From positions 2,624,001 through 2,688,000 of the forward strand of contig OZ244744.1 in the NCBI GenBank assembly GCA_965219455.1: DNA of 64,000 bases, given 5' to 3'. Made by a program: the position numbers and the translations under genes. Positions 1 through 8,572 of the stretch are shown here, one piece after another (position 1 is the stretch's first letter; the number at the start of each line of letters is the position of its first letter). The notes under the pieces are model-generated. The model was not told the DNA's origin, made no database searches, and saw only the letters and a list, made by a program, of their open reading frames with translations. Origin of the DNA: Candidatus Latescibacterota bacterium (GTDB taxonomy: Bacteria; Latescibacterota; UBA2968; GCA-2709665).

Positions 1-626
1 GTCAATTCCTGAGTCGGACGTTTATCCGACTCGTCCTCTTTGGTTTCAGATGATGGTAGGTTTAGTCCGAAGGAGATCATCCTCACACCGGATCCTCCGC
101 TTCCAAATTTCAATACCATCGGCTCGACATCCTGAACGGTAATCGACTTTCCGATCGGATCCTGTCCTGAGAAATATCTCTCAGCCATGGTTTCGGTAAT
201 CACCACATAGTCCGGAGCCTCCAGCGCGGTGGCGGGGTCTCCCTTGATCAGAGGAAAGGTGAAGACGTCCAGAATTGATGGATCTGCCTGAAGGATGTTT
301 ACCTTCGTGGTCTGACCTCGATCATGGACAATGCGCAGCCCGGAATGCATCCTCACGGAACGGACGTCCGGAAAGGCCCCCGACATTGCAGGCCCCAATA
401 CCAATGGCGTATTTTCTGAAGTTATGCGGCCTTCAAATTCCGCGTAGACCCGGAAAATTCGATCAGCATTTTCGTGAAACGCATCGTAGGTCCACTCGTA
501 TCGCACGAACAGGAACGCCAGCAGGCAAAATGATATCGCGATACCCAGACCCACCACGTTGATCGCGGCGTAAACCGGGTGCCGCAGCAGATTCCGATAA
601 GCCACCTTAAGATAATTCCAGAACAT
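1..626 (-). CDS. MacB/FtsX-like ABC transporter permease, 5' part (runs off window edge; absent from ORF track)
   Basis: Manual translation from ATG at 626: MFWNYLKVAYRNLLRHPVYAAINVVGLGIAISFCLLAFLFVRYEWTYDAFHENADRIFRV...FTFPLIKGDPATALEAPDYVVITETMAERYFSGQDPIGKSI, a typical MacB-like permease N-terminus; GAGGAG RBS upstream. Confidence 0.88.
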   Translation of the reverse strand, partial: MFWNYLKVAYRNLLRHPVYAAINVVGLGIAISFCLLAFLFVRYEWTYDAFHENADRIFRVYAEFEGRITSENTPLVLGPAMSGAFPDVRSVRMHSGLRIVHDRGQTTKVNILQADPSILDVFTFPLIKGDPATALEAPDYVVITETMAERYFSGQDPIGKSITVQDVEPMVLKFGSGGSGVRMISFGLNLPSSETKEDESDKRPTQEL

Positions 627-656
627 CAATCGACTCCTCGCGAATCGGATTAATAG

Positions 657-1390
657 ATGATGTGTCCGCGCATATGGGCTGGTGAAGGCTTCCGCTGCCC
701 GTCAACCCGAGAAGACGGGAGATTCTTCGCTCCGCTCAGAATGACATGCGTTACAATAGCAATTTGCGAGATGTTTCGGTCTTACGTTTGCCAGTACTGT
801 CATCCTGAGGAGGCCGCACTGCCTGCCAGAGAATCACCGGCAGGCTGGCCGACGAAGGATCTACTGCAGCATGGCTTGATCCCCGAGCTTATGGCACTGA
901 GCCCGACTTGGCAGGCGGCACGTTTGCGCCTACACAGTCAGGGTGAGGCGGCGCGAGTGTTGATGCGTCCTCCCAAACTGTCATCCTGAGGAAGCCGGTG
1001 TGAGGGTGGGGCGGACATTCCTGTCTGCCCACGTCATTGGCGTTCTGTCGGCATGGATACAGATTGACGACGCCGCCAGGCGACGATGTGTCCGCGCATA
1101 TGGTTTTGCCCGCGTGTCGGACGTATGGACAGTTCAGAAGACGGGAGATTCTTCGACTCCGCTCAGAATGACACGACGGTCGATCACCATCCTCGAAAGG
1201 CATCCGGCACACCCTCGCCCAACATGTCATCCTGAGGAGGCCGCTAGGCCGACGAAGGATCTACTGCAGCATCGCTCGATACCTGACCGACAGTCATTCT
1301 CACGGACCCAACAGGCGGCACGTCCGCGCCGCTTCAGGGGGCTCAGGAAGACAGGGCAGCGAGCAACAGACTCCGGATGTCCCGCTACGA
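657..1390. repeat. Degenerate ~426-bp direct duplication built from REP-like palindromes
   Basis: ATGTGTCCGCGCATATGG at 660 and 1086; GAGATTCTTCG(A)CTCCGCTCAGAATGACA at ~719 and ~1145; TGTCATCCTGAGGA at 798, 979 and 1225; GGCCGACGAAGGATCTACTGCAGCAT at 847 and 1247. Confidence 0.85.
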
Positions 1391-1433
1391 CTGCATCCAG
1401 CATATGACGTACATCGATCCAATAATACCCTGA

Positions 1434-1448
1434 GCAACGGGCGTGCCA
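1434..1448 (-). promoter_or_regulatory. sigma54 (-24/-12) promoter facing the ABC permease
   Basis: Minus strand reads TGGCACGCCCGTTGC, an exact match to TGGCACG-N4-TTGC; adjacent to an NtrC-type activator gene. Confidence 0.8.
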
Positions 1449-1511
1449 AGTGTTTTCGGCTCGATTTTACAGGTACTTAGTGATGCGACGGCGCAAGGGT
1501 CGGCTTTCGGA

Positions 1512-1548
1512 TGTCCGAAAACGATACAGTCATGTCCGAAAATGAACA
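1512..1548. promoter_or_regulatory. Tandem candidate enhancer (UAS) sites for the NtrC-type activator
   Basis: TGTCCGAAAACGATACA (1512) and TGTCCGAAAATGAACA (1533), 21 bp apart, between two sigma54 motifs. Confidence 0.6.
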
Positions 1549-1636
1549 CATGGGGGGCGCCGGTCCTCGAACCGCTTGACACGATAAGTCTCTGTGATCA
1601 TTATGGTTGTGCGCAAATTCGATTCAAGAGGCCTAT

Positions 1637-1651
1637 TGGCACGAAAAATGC
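1637..1651 (+). promoter_or_regulatory. sigma54-like promoter upstream of the response regulator
   Basis: TGGCACGAAAAATGC, with GG/GC at correct spacing, 43 bp before the ATG at 1694. Confidence 0.6.
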
Positions 1652-1693
1652 GTCTCTTGATGTGGACTGAGACATTTCCAGCATGAGGCTTCA

Positions 1694-3070
1694 ATGAAAT
1701 CTTTTGATAAGATCCTTATCGTCGATGACGACTGCGACGTGCTGTTGGCCGCACAGCTCTTTCTCAAGCAGCACGCCGGGCGGGTGGATACCGAAACCGA
1801 TCCCAACCGCATTCCCGAACTGCTGCAGAACGACGCCTACGACGTGATCCTCCTGGATATGAACTTTGCCCGGGACGCCACCTCGGGCAGGGAAGGATTT
1901 CACTGGCTGCGGCGGATTCTGGAGATGGATCCCTCCGCCGTGGTCGTCCTCATCACGGCGTTCGGCGACGTCAAGACGGCCGTGCAGGCCATCAAGGAAG
2001 GCGCGACAGACTTCGTCCTCAAGCCCTGGCAGAACGAGAAACTGCTGGCCACGCTGTCCGCGGCGGCCAGGCTACGCCGGTCGCGCCTCGACGTCGTTCG
2101 GCTTCGCTCTCGGCAGAAGCAACTCCACGCCGACCTGGACAGGCAGTTTCCCGGCATCGTGGCCGTCTCTCCGGTCATGCGCGACGTCTTCGAAACCATC
2201 CGGAAGGTCGGCGCCACCGACGCAAACGTGCTCATCCTGGGCGACAACGGAACGGGCAAAGACGCGGTTGCGCGCGCCCTTCACCGGAGATCCGGCCGCG
2301 CGGACCAGGTCTTCATCCACGTCGACCTCGGCGCCGTCCCCGAAACCCTTTTCGAGAGCGAACTTTTCGGGCACAAAAAAGGCGCCTTTACAGACGCCAA
2401 AGAAGACAGGGCGGGGCGGTTTGAAACCGCGTCGGGCGGAACGTTCTTCCTGGATGAAATCGGCAACCTCTCACTGCCGCTTCAGGCCAAGCTGCTCACC
2501 GTACTCGAAAAACGCACCGTTTTTCGCCTGGGCGCCAACAAACCCGTCCCGATCGATATCCGGCTCGTATGCGCCACCAATACGCCCATCCACGAACTGG
2601 CCACCCGCAACGAATTCCGCCAGGACCTGCTCTACCGCATCAACACCGTTGAAATCCGTCTGCCGCCTCTCCGGGACCGCGGCGAAGATCTGCCGCTCCT
2701 CGTCGGCAATTTCCTGGACAGGTATTGCAGGAAATACAAGAAGCCCCGCATCGGCCTGCACCCCCGCACCCTGGGAAAACTCAAAGCCTATTCCTGGCCC
2801 GGAAACGTCCGCGAACTCCAGCATGCCATCGAGCGCGCCGTCATCATGAACGAAAACGGAACCCTGCAACCGGCGGACTTTCCGCTCAGCACGTCAGAAA
2901 CGACCGCGGGCGACCACATTCACTGCGAAGACTTCAACCTCGAACGCATCGAAAAAACCGCGATTCGCAAAGCCATCGAGAAACATCAAGGCAACATCAG
3001 CCACACGGCCGGGGAACTGGGCATCACACGCAGCGCTCTATACCGCAGGCTGGATAAATATGGTCTATAG
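1694..3070 (+). CDS. sigma54-dependent NtrC-family response regulator (REC-AAA+-Fis HTH)
   Basis: Receiver (IVDDD, LLDMN), GDNGTGKD Walker A, ESELFGHKKGAFTDA, WPGNVREL, C-terminal HTH. Confidence 0.95.
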   Translation: MKSFDKILIVDDDCDVLLAAQLFLKQHAGRVDTETDPNRIPELLQNDAYDVILLDMNFARDATSGREGFHWLRRILEMDPSAVVVLITAFGDVKTAVQAIKEGATDFVLKPWQNEKLLATLSAAARLRRSRLDVVRLRSRQKQLHADLDRQFPGIVAVSPVMRDVFETIRKVGATDANVLILGDNGTGKDAVARALHRRSGRADQVFIHVDLGAVPETLFESELFGHKKGAFTDAKEDRAGRFETASGGTFFLDEIGNLSLPLQAKLLTVLEKRTVFRLGANKPVPIDIRLVCATNTPIHELATRNEFRQDLLYRINTVEIRLPPLRDRGEDLPLLVGNFLDRYCRKYKKPRIGLHPRTLGKLKAYSWPGNVRELQHAIERAVIMNENGTLQPADFPLSTSETTAGDHIHCEDFNLERIEKTAIRKAIEKHQGNISHTAGELGITRSALYRRLDKYGL

Positions 3071-4403
3071 ACACTTTCGAACGCTCTGCATCCTGAGGGT
3101 GGCCTTTCTGTGCGCCACGATCTGCGCCCTTGTGTTCGTCCTCTTTCAGACGTCGTACTACACCACCGTCTTCATCCTCGCCGGCATTGCGGTCTACCAG
3201 GCCTATGCCCTCATCCACTACGTGGAGCGCACGAACCGGGATCTCACCCGCTTTCTGCAGGCCGTCCGGTACGAAGACTTCTCCCAATCCTTCAGCGGCC
3301 GTGGACTCGGGTCCGCTTTCGACGACCTCAAGGAGGCGTTCAACGACGTGTTGAACGCTTTCCGGAGGACACGGGCGGAAAAAGAGGAAAACTTCCAGTA
3401 CCTCCAGACCGTGGTCCAACACGTGGGCGTGGGACTGGTCTGTTACGAACCCGACGGACGCATCGAACTGATGAACACCGCGGCCCAGCGCCTGCTTCGC
3501 AGACCCCATATCCACAATGTACACGAACTTGAACCGGTAAGTAAAACCCTCTCTGAAACATTGCTCGGCCTTCGCCCGGGCGACAGAACCCTGGTCAAAG
3601 TTCAGGACGAGGACGAACTTCTGCAGATCATCATCCACGGCACCGAGATTCGAATGCGGGGCGATACGTATATTCTGGCCTCCGTACAGGATATACAAAG
3701 CGAACTCGAGGAACAGGAAATAGAGGCGTGGCAGAAACTCATCCGCGTGCTGATCCACGAAATCATGAACTCGATCACTCCCATTTCGTCCCTCGCCTCA
3801 ACCGTGCGCGGCCATTTCCCCGAACCCGGACACCCCTCGTCGCTCGATCCCCAAACCCTGACAGACGTGCATACCGCCCTGCAGACCATCCAATCCCGCA
3901 GCGAAGGCCTGCAGCACTTTGTGGACACCTACCGCCAGCTGACGCGGATACCCCGTCCCGACTTCAAGATCTGTCCGGTCGCGAATCTCTTTAACCGCGT
4001 TGTGTCCCTCATGCAACCGGAATGCGACGGTAATCGCATCGCACTGCGCACTGAAGTCGATCCCGAGTCTCTCGAGGTCACCGCCGACCCCGACCTCATC
4101 GAGCAGGTGCTCATCAATCTTCTGCGCAACGCCATGCACGCGCTGGCCGGACGCGACGGGGCCCGCATCGACCTGGTTGCCCTTCTCGACCGGCGAGGGC
4201 GGGTACTCATCCGCGTGCGGGACAACGGACCGGGCATCCTCGAAGACGTGCAGGAGCGCATCTTCATACCGTTTTTCACGACCAGGCACGAAGGATCGGG
4301 TATCGGTCTGTCGCTGTGCCGCCAGATTATGCGCCAGCACCGCGGCGCCATCAGCGTTCAATCCACACCCGAAGAAGAAACCGTATTTACCCTCCGATTC
4401 TGA
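3060..4403 (+). CDS. Membrane sensor histidine kinase (NtrY-like, PAS + HATPase)
   Basis: Two N-terminal TM segments, HEIMNSITPI H-box, NLLRNA N-box, DNGPG, FIPFFTT, GSGIGL; overlaps regulator stop. Confidence 0.93.
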   Translation: MVYRHFRTLCILRVAFLCATICALVFVLFQTSYYTTVFILAGIAVYQAYALIHYVERTNRDLTRFLQAVRYEDFSQSFSGRGLGSAFDDLKEAFNDVLNAFRRTRAEKEENFQYLQTVVQHVGVGLVCYEPDGRIELMNTAAQRLLRRPHIHNVHELEPVSKTLSETLLGLRPGDRTLVKVQDEDELLQIIIHGTEIRMRGDTYILASVQDIQSELEEQEIEAWQKLIRVLIHEIMNSITPISSLASTVRGHFPEPGHPSSLDPQTLTDVHTALQTIQSRSEGLQHFVDTYRQLTRIPRPDFKICPVANLFNRVVSLMQPECDGNRIALRTEVDPESLEVTADPDLIEQVLINLLRNAMHALAGRDGARIDLVALLDRRGRVLIRVRDNGPGILEDVQERIFIPFFTTRHEGSGIGLSLCRQIMRQHRGAISVQSTPEEETVFTLRF

Positions 4404-4476
4404 TCTCCAGCCTGCCGGGTGGGAGAATTTTGTTGCATCTGAGTCAAGCTTCATGCTGAGAGCACTCAAGTGGCCT

Positions 4477-6015
4477 CTATCCCCAATCCTCCAGTATGGC
4501 CTTCGCGGCGTTGTGCCCCGGCGCCCCGGTCACCTCGCCGCCTGGATGGGTGCCCGCGCCGCAGAGATAGAGGTTTTCGATGGGCGTCGCGTAATGCGCC
4601 CATCCGCCAAGTGGCCGTTGCGCGAGGAACTGGTCCGGCACGATGTCCAGATGCCTGATATTGCCGTCGGTAAGGCCCACCCGGTCCTCCAGGTCATGCG
4701 GTGTGAATAGCGACCAGTCCACAAGAATGTCCCGGAGGTTCGGCGCATACACCGAGAGCGTATCGATCAGACGTTCTCCCACCTCCTCCCGTCGTTCGTC
4801 CCAGGTGCCGTCGCGCGGGCTCACGGGCGCATACAGGACCCAGACGGACATCACATGGTGGCCTTCCGGCGCCATCGTGTGGTCGTAGACCGATGGGATC
4901 TGCACTTCCATCACAGGTTCCATGGCGGGATCTCCACGCCGGGCGTCGTCCCAGGCGCGGGCGAAGTAGTCAATGGACGGGCAGATTTTAATCTCGGCCA
5001 TCCATCGCGGATCAACGTCCGATTCGCCCCTCGCGAAGTCCGGCAGACCCGCGAGCGCCGCGTGGAATTTCAGATAGGCCGTCCTGGTCTTCAGACGGCC
5101 CGCCCTGGCCAGGAATCGCGCATCCAGCGCCTCGGCCGGCAGCAGCTTCAGAAACGTGCGTTTCGGATCCGCGTTGGAGACCACGATCCGGCTGCGAATC
5201 TCCGTGCCGTCGGCAAGCGCCACACCACACGCGCTTCCGTTTCTGACCAGGATTCTTGACACCTCGGCGCCTGTCTGCAACACCGCTCCACGCGCCCTCG
5301 CCGCCCTCGCGAGGGCGTTGGCGATTCCGCCCATTCCCCCCTTCACAATGCCAATGTTCTCCGGCCGGCCGAACACGTTGCATTTGATATACGCATAACA
5401 CCACGCGCTGCCGGTCGCCGCGGGATCCCCCACGTCCTGGGCCTGGATGAACGCGCCCTGAGCCTCGTCGGACTCGAAGAAGTCGGTCACGATATCGGTC
5501 ATACTGGTCGTCAGCAGGCGGTCCAGAAGCGCCTCATCCGGCGTACCCCTCACCCGCGAGGCGATCTCGCTGACCGTCGGCGGCGGCGTCAGGAAATAGG
5601 GATAGATGATCCCGGCGGCGCGTTCCCAGAAGGAAAGCCATTCCGGATAGGCCTCCGCGTCCCTTTGCGAGAATCGGGCGAGTTCCGCCTGGCTGCGTTC
5701 CAGGTCGTCCCAGAGCCGGAGGGCGGAGCCGTCGGGGAAGGGCTGATACCGGGAGGGGTCCAGGTGATAGACGTCGAACCCGTGCTCTCGCAGGCCCAAC
5801 TCGTCGATCACCCGGTCCTGCAAAAGGTGGCAAATGTAGGAGCAGGACGAAAACCGGTAACCGGGAAAGAGTTCCTCGGTCGCACAGGCGCCCCCAAGGA
5901 GGTCCCGCCGTTCCAGTAACAACACATCCATTCCGGCATCCGCAAGGTAGGACGCCGCAACCAGCCCGTTATGCCCGCCTCCCAGGATCACCGCATCGCA
6001 ATCTACCATGGCCAT
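4477..6015 (-). CDS. Phytoene dehydrogenase-like FAD-dependent oxidoreductase
   Basis: ILGGGHNGLVAA dinucleotide motif, LGGAC, LYLCGAGTHPGGEVTGAPGHNAA; start placed at ATG 6015. Confidence 0.88.
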   Translation of the reverse strand: MAMVDCDAVILGGGHNGLVAASYLADAGMDVLLLERRDLLGGACATEELFPGYRFSSCSYICHLLQDRVIDELGLREHGFDVYHLDPSRYQPFPDGSALRLWDDLERSQAELARFSQRDAEAYPEWLSFWERAAGIIYPYFLTPPPTVSEIASRVRGTPDEALLDRLLTTSMTDIVTDFFESDEAQGAFIQAQDVGDPAATGSAWCYAYIKCNVFGRPENIGIVKGGMGGIANALARAARARGAVLQTGAEVSRILVRNGSACGVALADGTEIRSRIVVSNADPKRTFLKLLPAEALDARFLARAGRLKTRTAYLKFHAALAGLPDFARGESDVDPRWMAEIKICPSIDYFARAWDDARRGDPAMEPVMEVQIPSVYDHTMAPEGHHVMSVWVLYAPVSPRDGTWDERREEVGERLIDTLSVYAPNLRDILVDWSLFTPHDLEDRVGLTDGNIRHLDIVPDQFLAQRPLGGWAHYATPIENLYLCGAGTHPGGEVTGAPGHNAAKAILEDWG

Positions 6016-6227
6016 GGTTAAGTTCTCCGCTATAGGTGTGGCGCTGTCATCAGTCAGTGATCGGCTCACTGATCGGTTAATTCATGCCGGGAGAGGTGAG
6101 ACGGGAGACGTAAGAGGGCCGCACCACCCGACCATGGATTCGCGGTGTCGTATTTGCAAGGATTGTGGTGTTTGGTTTTTCGGTTCAAGCTGAACGCTGA
6201 TGGCTGACAGCTGACATTCTTGTTCTA

Positions 6228-6548
6228 TTATCGAACACCCCAACCATTCTCCAGAAGCCACGCCCTGACCTGCCGCCGGCAATCTCCCTGCAATTCAATC
6301 GTATCCCCGCGCATCGTCCCGCCCGTACCACACGCTCCCCGCAATGCCCGCGCCAAGTCCTTCATATCTCCCTTCGCCAGCACCAGACCTCCGGCCAGCG
6401 TTACCACCTTGCCCCGCTTCCGTTTCTCCAGCGAAATCCGAATCCGCTGCTCCTCCGGCGCGCGGGAGACCAGCACTTCTACGTCAATGTCAGGCACATC
6501 GTCGGAAACAAACGCCCATCCCTCTCCATAAGTTCGCTTAACCGCCAT
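6228..6548 (-). CDS. SUI1/YciH-like translation initiation factor
   Basis: EKRKRGKVVT, CGTGGT, IELQGD motifs. Confidence 0.85.
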   Translation of the reverse strand: MAVKRTYGEGWAFVSDDVPDIDVEVLVSRAPEEQRIRISLEKRKRGKVVTLAGGLVLAKGDMKDLARALRGACGTGGTMRGDTIELQGDCRRQVRAWLLENGWGVR

Positions 6549-6599
6549 ATTTCTCCCCTAAAGACAGCCTGAAAGAACAACCATGCGTCTCTTTAATGT

Positions 6600-7796
6600 T
6601 CACTTTCTCTTTGTGCCATCGCCAAAATCGGGCACTGCCGTTAACGCGCCTCCATTCATCGCGGACTCGTGCGCCACCAGCCCCGGAAGCAGGTACCGCG
6701 CCGCCTGCCACACATTATTCGGCGGCGTTTCGCCCGTCGCACACGCCGTCACGAAATCGTGTACCAGGAACTGATGGGCCCCTTTGTGCCCGTTTCCCAG
6801 GCCGATAAACTCCCTCGGCAGCAGGTGTACCGGATGGACCCGCGACACCCCCTGGTGCGTGCCGTCATCTCCCGTGACCGCGCCCATCGGGTCGTCGGCC
6901 GGACCGGCCGGCACGCCTTCACAAGACAATTCCGCAGTCAAATCCACGCACGTTTTCCGGTCCCTGGTGATCCAGATCTGTCCGCCCACCTGCTCCTCGT
7001 ATCCGGCATCGGTTCCATAAAGACTCATTCCCACCGTACCGGGATGCCCGATCCGCCGGAACTCGTTGAAGCGCGCCATACTACCGTCCGACATTCTGCA
7101 CATCATCGTCTGGTTGCTGAACGGGTTCTTCCAGACATTGTCTTCACGCGCATATAGATTATCTTCATGGCGATCCACGAACCCCATTCCGCTCACGTGC
7201 GTGGCATGCGCCCCGGTGACCGACACGATCATACTCGTGGAATGGGTGGGATAATAGAGCGGCGGCGCCCCGTAATACCGCTTCCATTTCTCACCGTGCC
7301 GCCACTGCGACACCGCATACAGTCCGTGAGAATAATCGTGGTAATACTCCGCCTCCCCGTAAACGACATGTCCGAAATCTCCCTTCTGAAAACGGTCCCG
7401 GCAGTAGATCGTACACGGGTAATAGTAACTCGTCTCGCCAATCATATAGATCAAACCGGTCTCCTCCACGGCCTGTACAAGCTCGGAGACCTCATCCGGG
7501 CTCACCGCCGACGGGACCGCCGAATACACGTGTTTGCCGCTGCGCAACGCCTGGACGGCCTGCGGCCCGTGCAGATGATGCTGGGTGATAATCGCAATCG
7601 CGTCAACCTCGGATCCGCACAGTGCATCCAATGACGGATATGTATCCGAAACGTCGAAACGCGTCGATTTCTCCCGCAGTTTCTCCGCGTCCAGATCGCA
7701 CAAAACCAGGTGGTCGACATCCGGATGCGCTTTGAACAACGGGATGAACGAATTCGCGAACGCTCCGGTGCCGCAAATTCCTATACGGATACCCAT
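6600..7796 (-). CDS. Gfo/Idh/MocA family oxidoreductase
   Basis: IGICGTG Rossmann motif, ALRSGKHVYSAVP, GEAEYYHD. Confidence 0.88.
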   Translation of the reverse strand: MGIRIGICGTGAFANSFIPLFKAHPDVDHLVLCDLDAEKLREKSTRFDVSDTYPSLDALCGSEVDAIAIITQHHLHGPQAVQALRSGKHVYSAVPSAVSPDEVSELVQAVEETGLIYMIGETSYYYPCTIYCRDRFQKGDFGHVVYGEAEYYHDYSHGLYAVSQWRHGEKWKRYYGAPPLYYPTHSTSMIVSVTGAHATHVSGMGFVDRHEDNLYAREDNVWKNPFSNQTMMCRMSDGSMARFNEFRRIGHPGTVGMSLYGTDAGYEEQVGGQIWITRDRKTCVDLTAELSCEGVPAGPADDPMGAVTGDDGTHQGVSRVHPVHLLPREFIGLGNGHKGAHQFLVHDFVTACATGETPPNNVWQAARYLLPGLVAHESAMNGGALTAVPDFGDGTKRK

Positions 7797-7809
7797 GAAA
7801 ACCCCATAA

Positions 7810-8360
7810 GTAGCGGTCAGCTATCAGCCATTAGCTATCAGCTTGAAGCAAAACCGAAAGACAAACAGCAATCAGCGGTCAGCGGTCAGCGGTCAGCCAA
7901 AAGAAATAGGCGAGAACCAGATTCAAAATCCACTTCTCCCCAAATTCCCTGCCTTCGGCGGGACAGAGAATCCTCACACGAAGACACAAAGGGAAAACCG
8001 GAAATCGCGACAAGGCGGGCAACCACAAGGGTTGCCCCTACAAATTCAACAACGTCGCAAAGCATCCAGCGATAGGCGGTACGATTGCAAATCCACGCGG
8101 CGGTCCATGGGGGTATACCTCACGTCCGACCGGTGGCGTGGGGGGTTTTTCCACGCTAATCCGTCCGGCATTGAAGCACGTGGGTATCTAATCGCACGAA
8201 GGGCACAATCGCTCGTCTACGCCACTAAAGAGATTCGTGGAAAAACCGGCCCCGCGCCGAGCGGCGCCGTTCTTTTTGGTCCTTTCTCTTGGCGTACAAG
8301 AAAAAGGACAAAGAAAAATAAGAATTGGAGGGAAGTGGTGAAGATTCTGATTTTCCCCAA
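7810..8360. repeat. Composite repeat cluster: 7-mer (TCAGCGG)n, GTAG-type REP and a long structured element related to 52860-53203
   Basis: TCAGCGG x3 at 7872; GGGCAACCACAAGGGTTGCCCCTACA at ~8017-8042; 7812-7962 is an inverted homolog of ~53090-53186; ~8200-8355 is a direct homolog of ~52985-53143. Confidence 0.75.
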
Positions 8361-8572
8361 ATCGCCTTTGGTTTCCCAATGAATACTAAACCCATTACGA
8401 TAAGAAATACGCGAGACACCTAAAGCGCAAGCCCTAAACCTGACCTCTACGTGAGCCCGTCGACCAGCACGGTCGGCGGCAAATAAGGAAAGCGGCTCTT
8501 TTCAGCATACGCGATGGATCTTGAATACCGACATCACATTTCGTAAATTGACACCATCGAAAGGAGACCCCC

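Noticed and set aside
657-1390. Possible CRISPR array
   Set aside because: Repeats are degenerate, in both orientations and irregularly spaced; no cas genes in the window
657-1407. ORFs 657..989, 889..1230 and 1000..1407
   Set aside because: They are translations of REP palindromes (CHPEEA, LRMT motifs) with no protein-family signal
7710-8419. ORFs across the repeat cluster
   Set aside because: Low-complexity products of heptamer and REP DNA (SGQRSA, QLSAIS)
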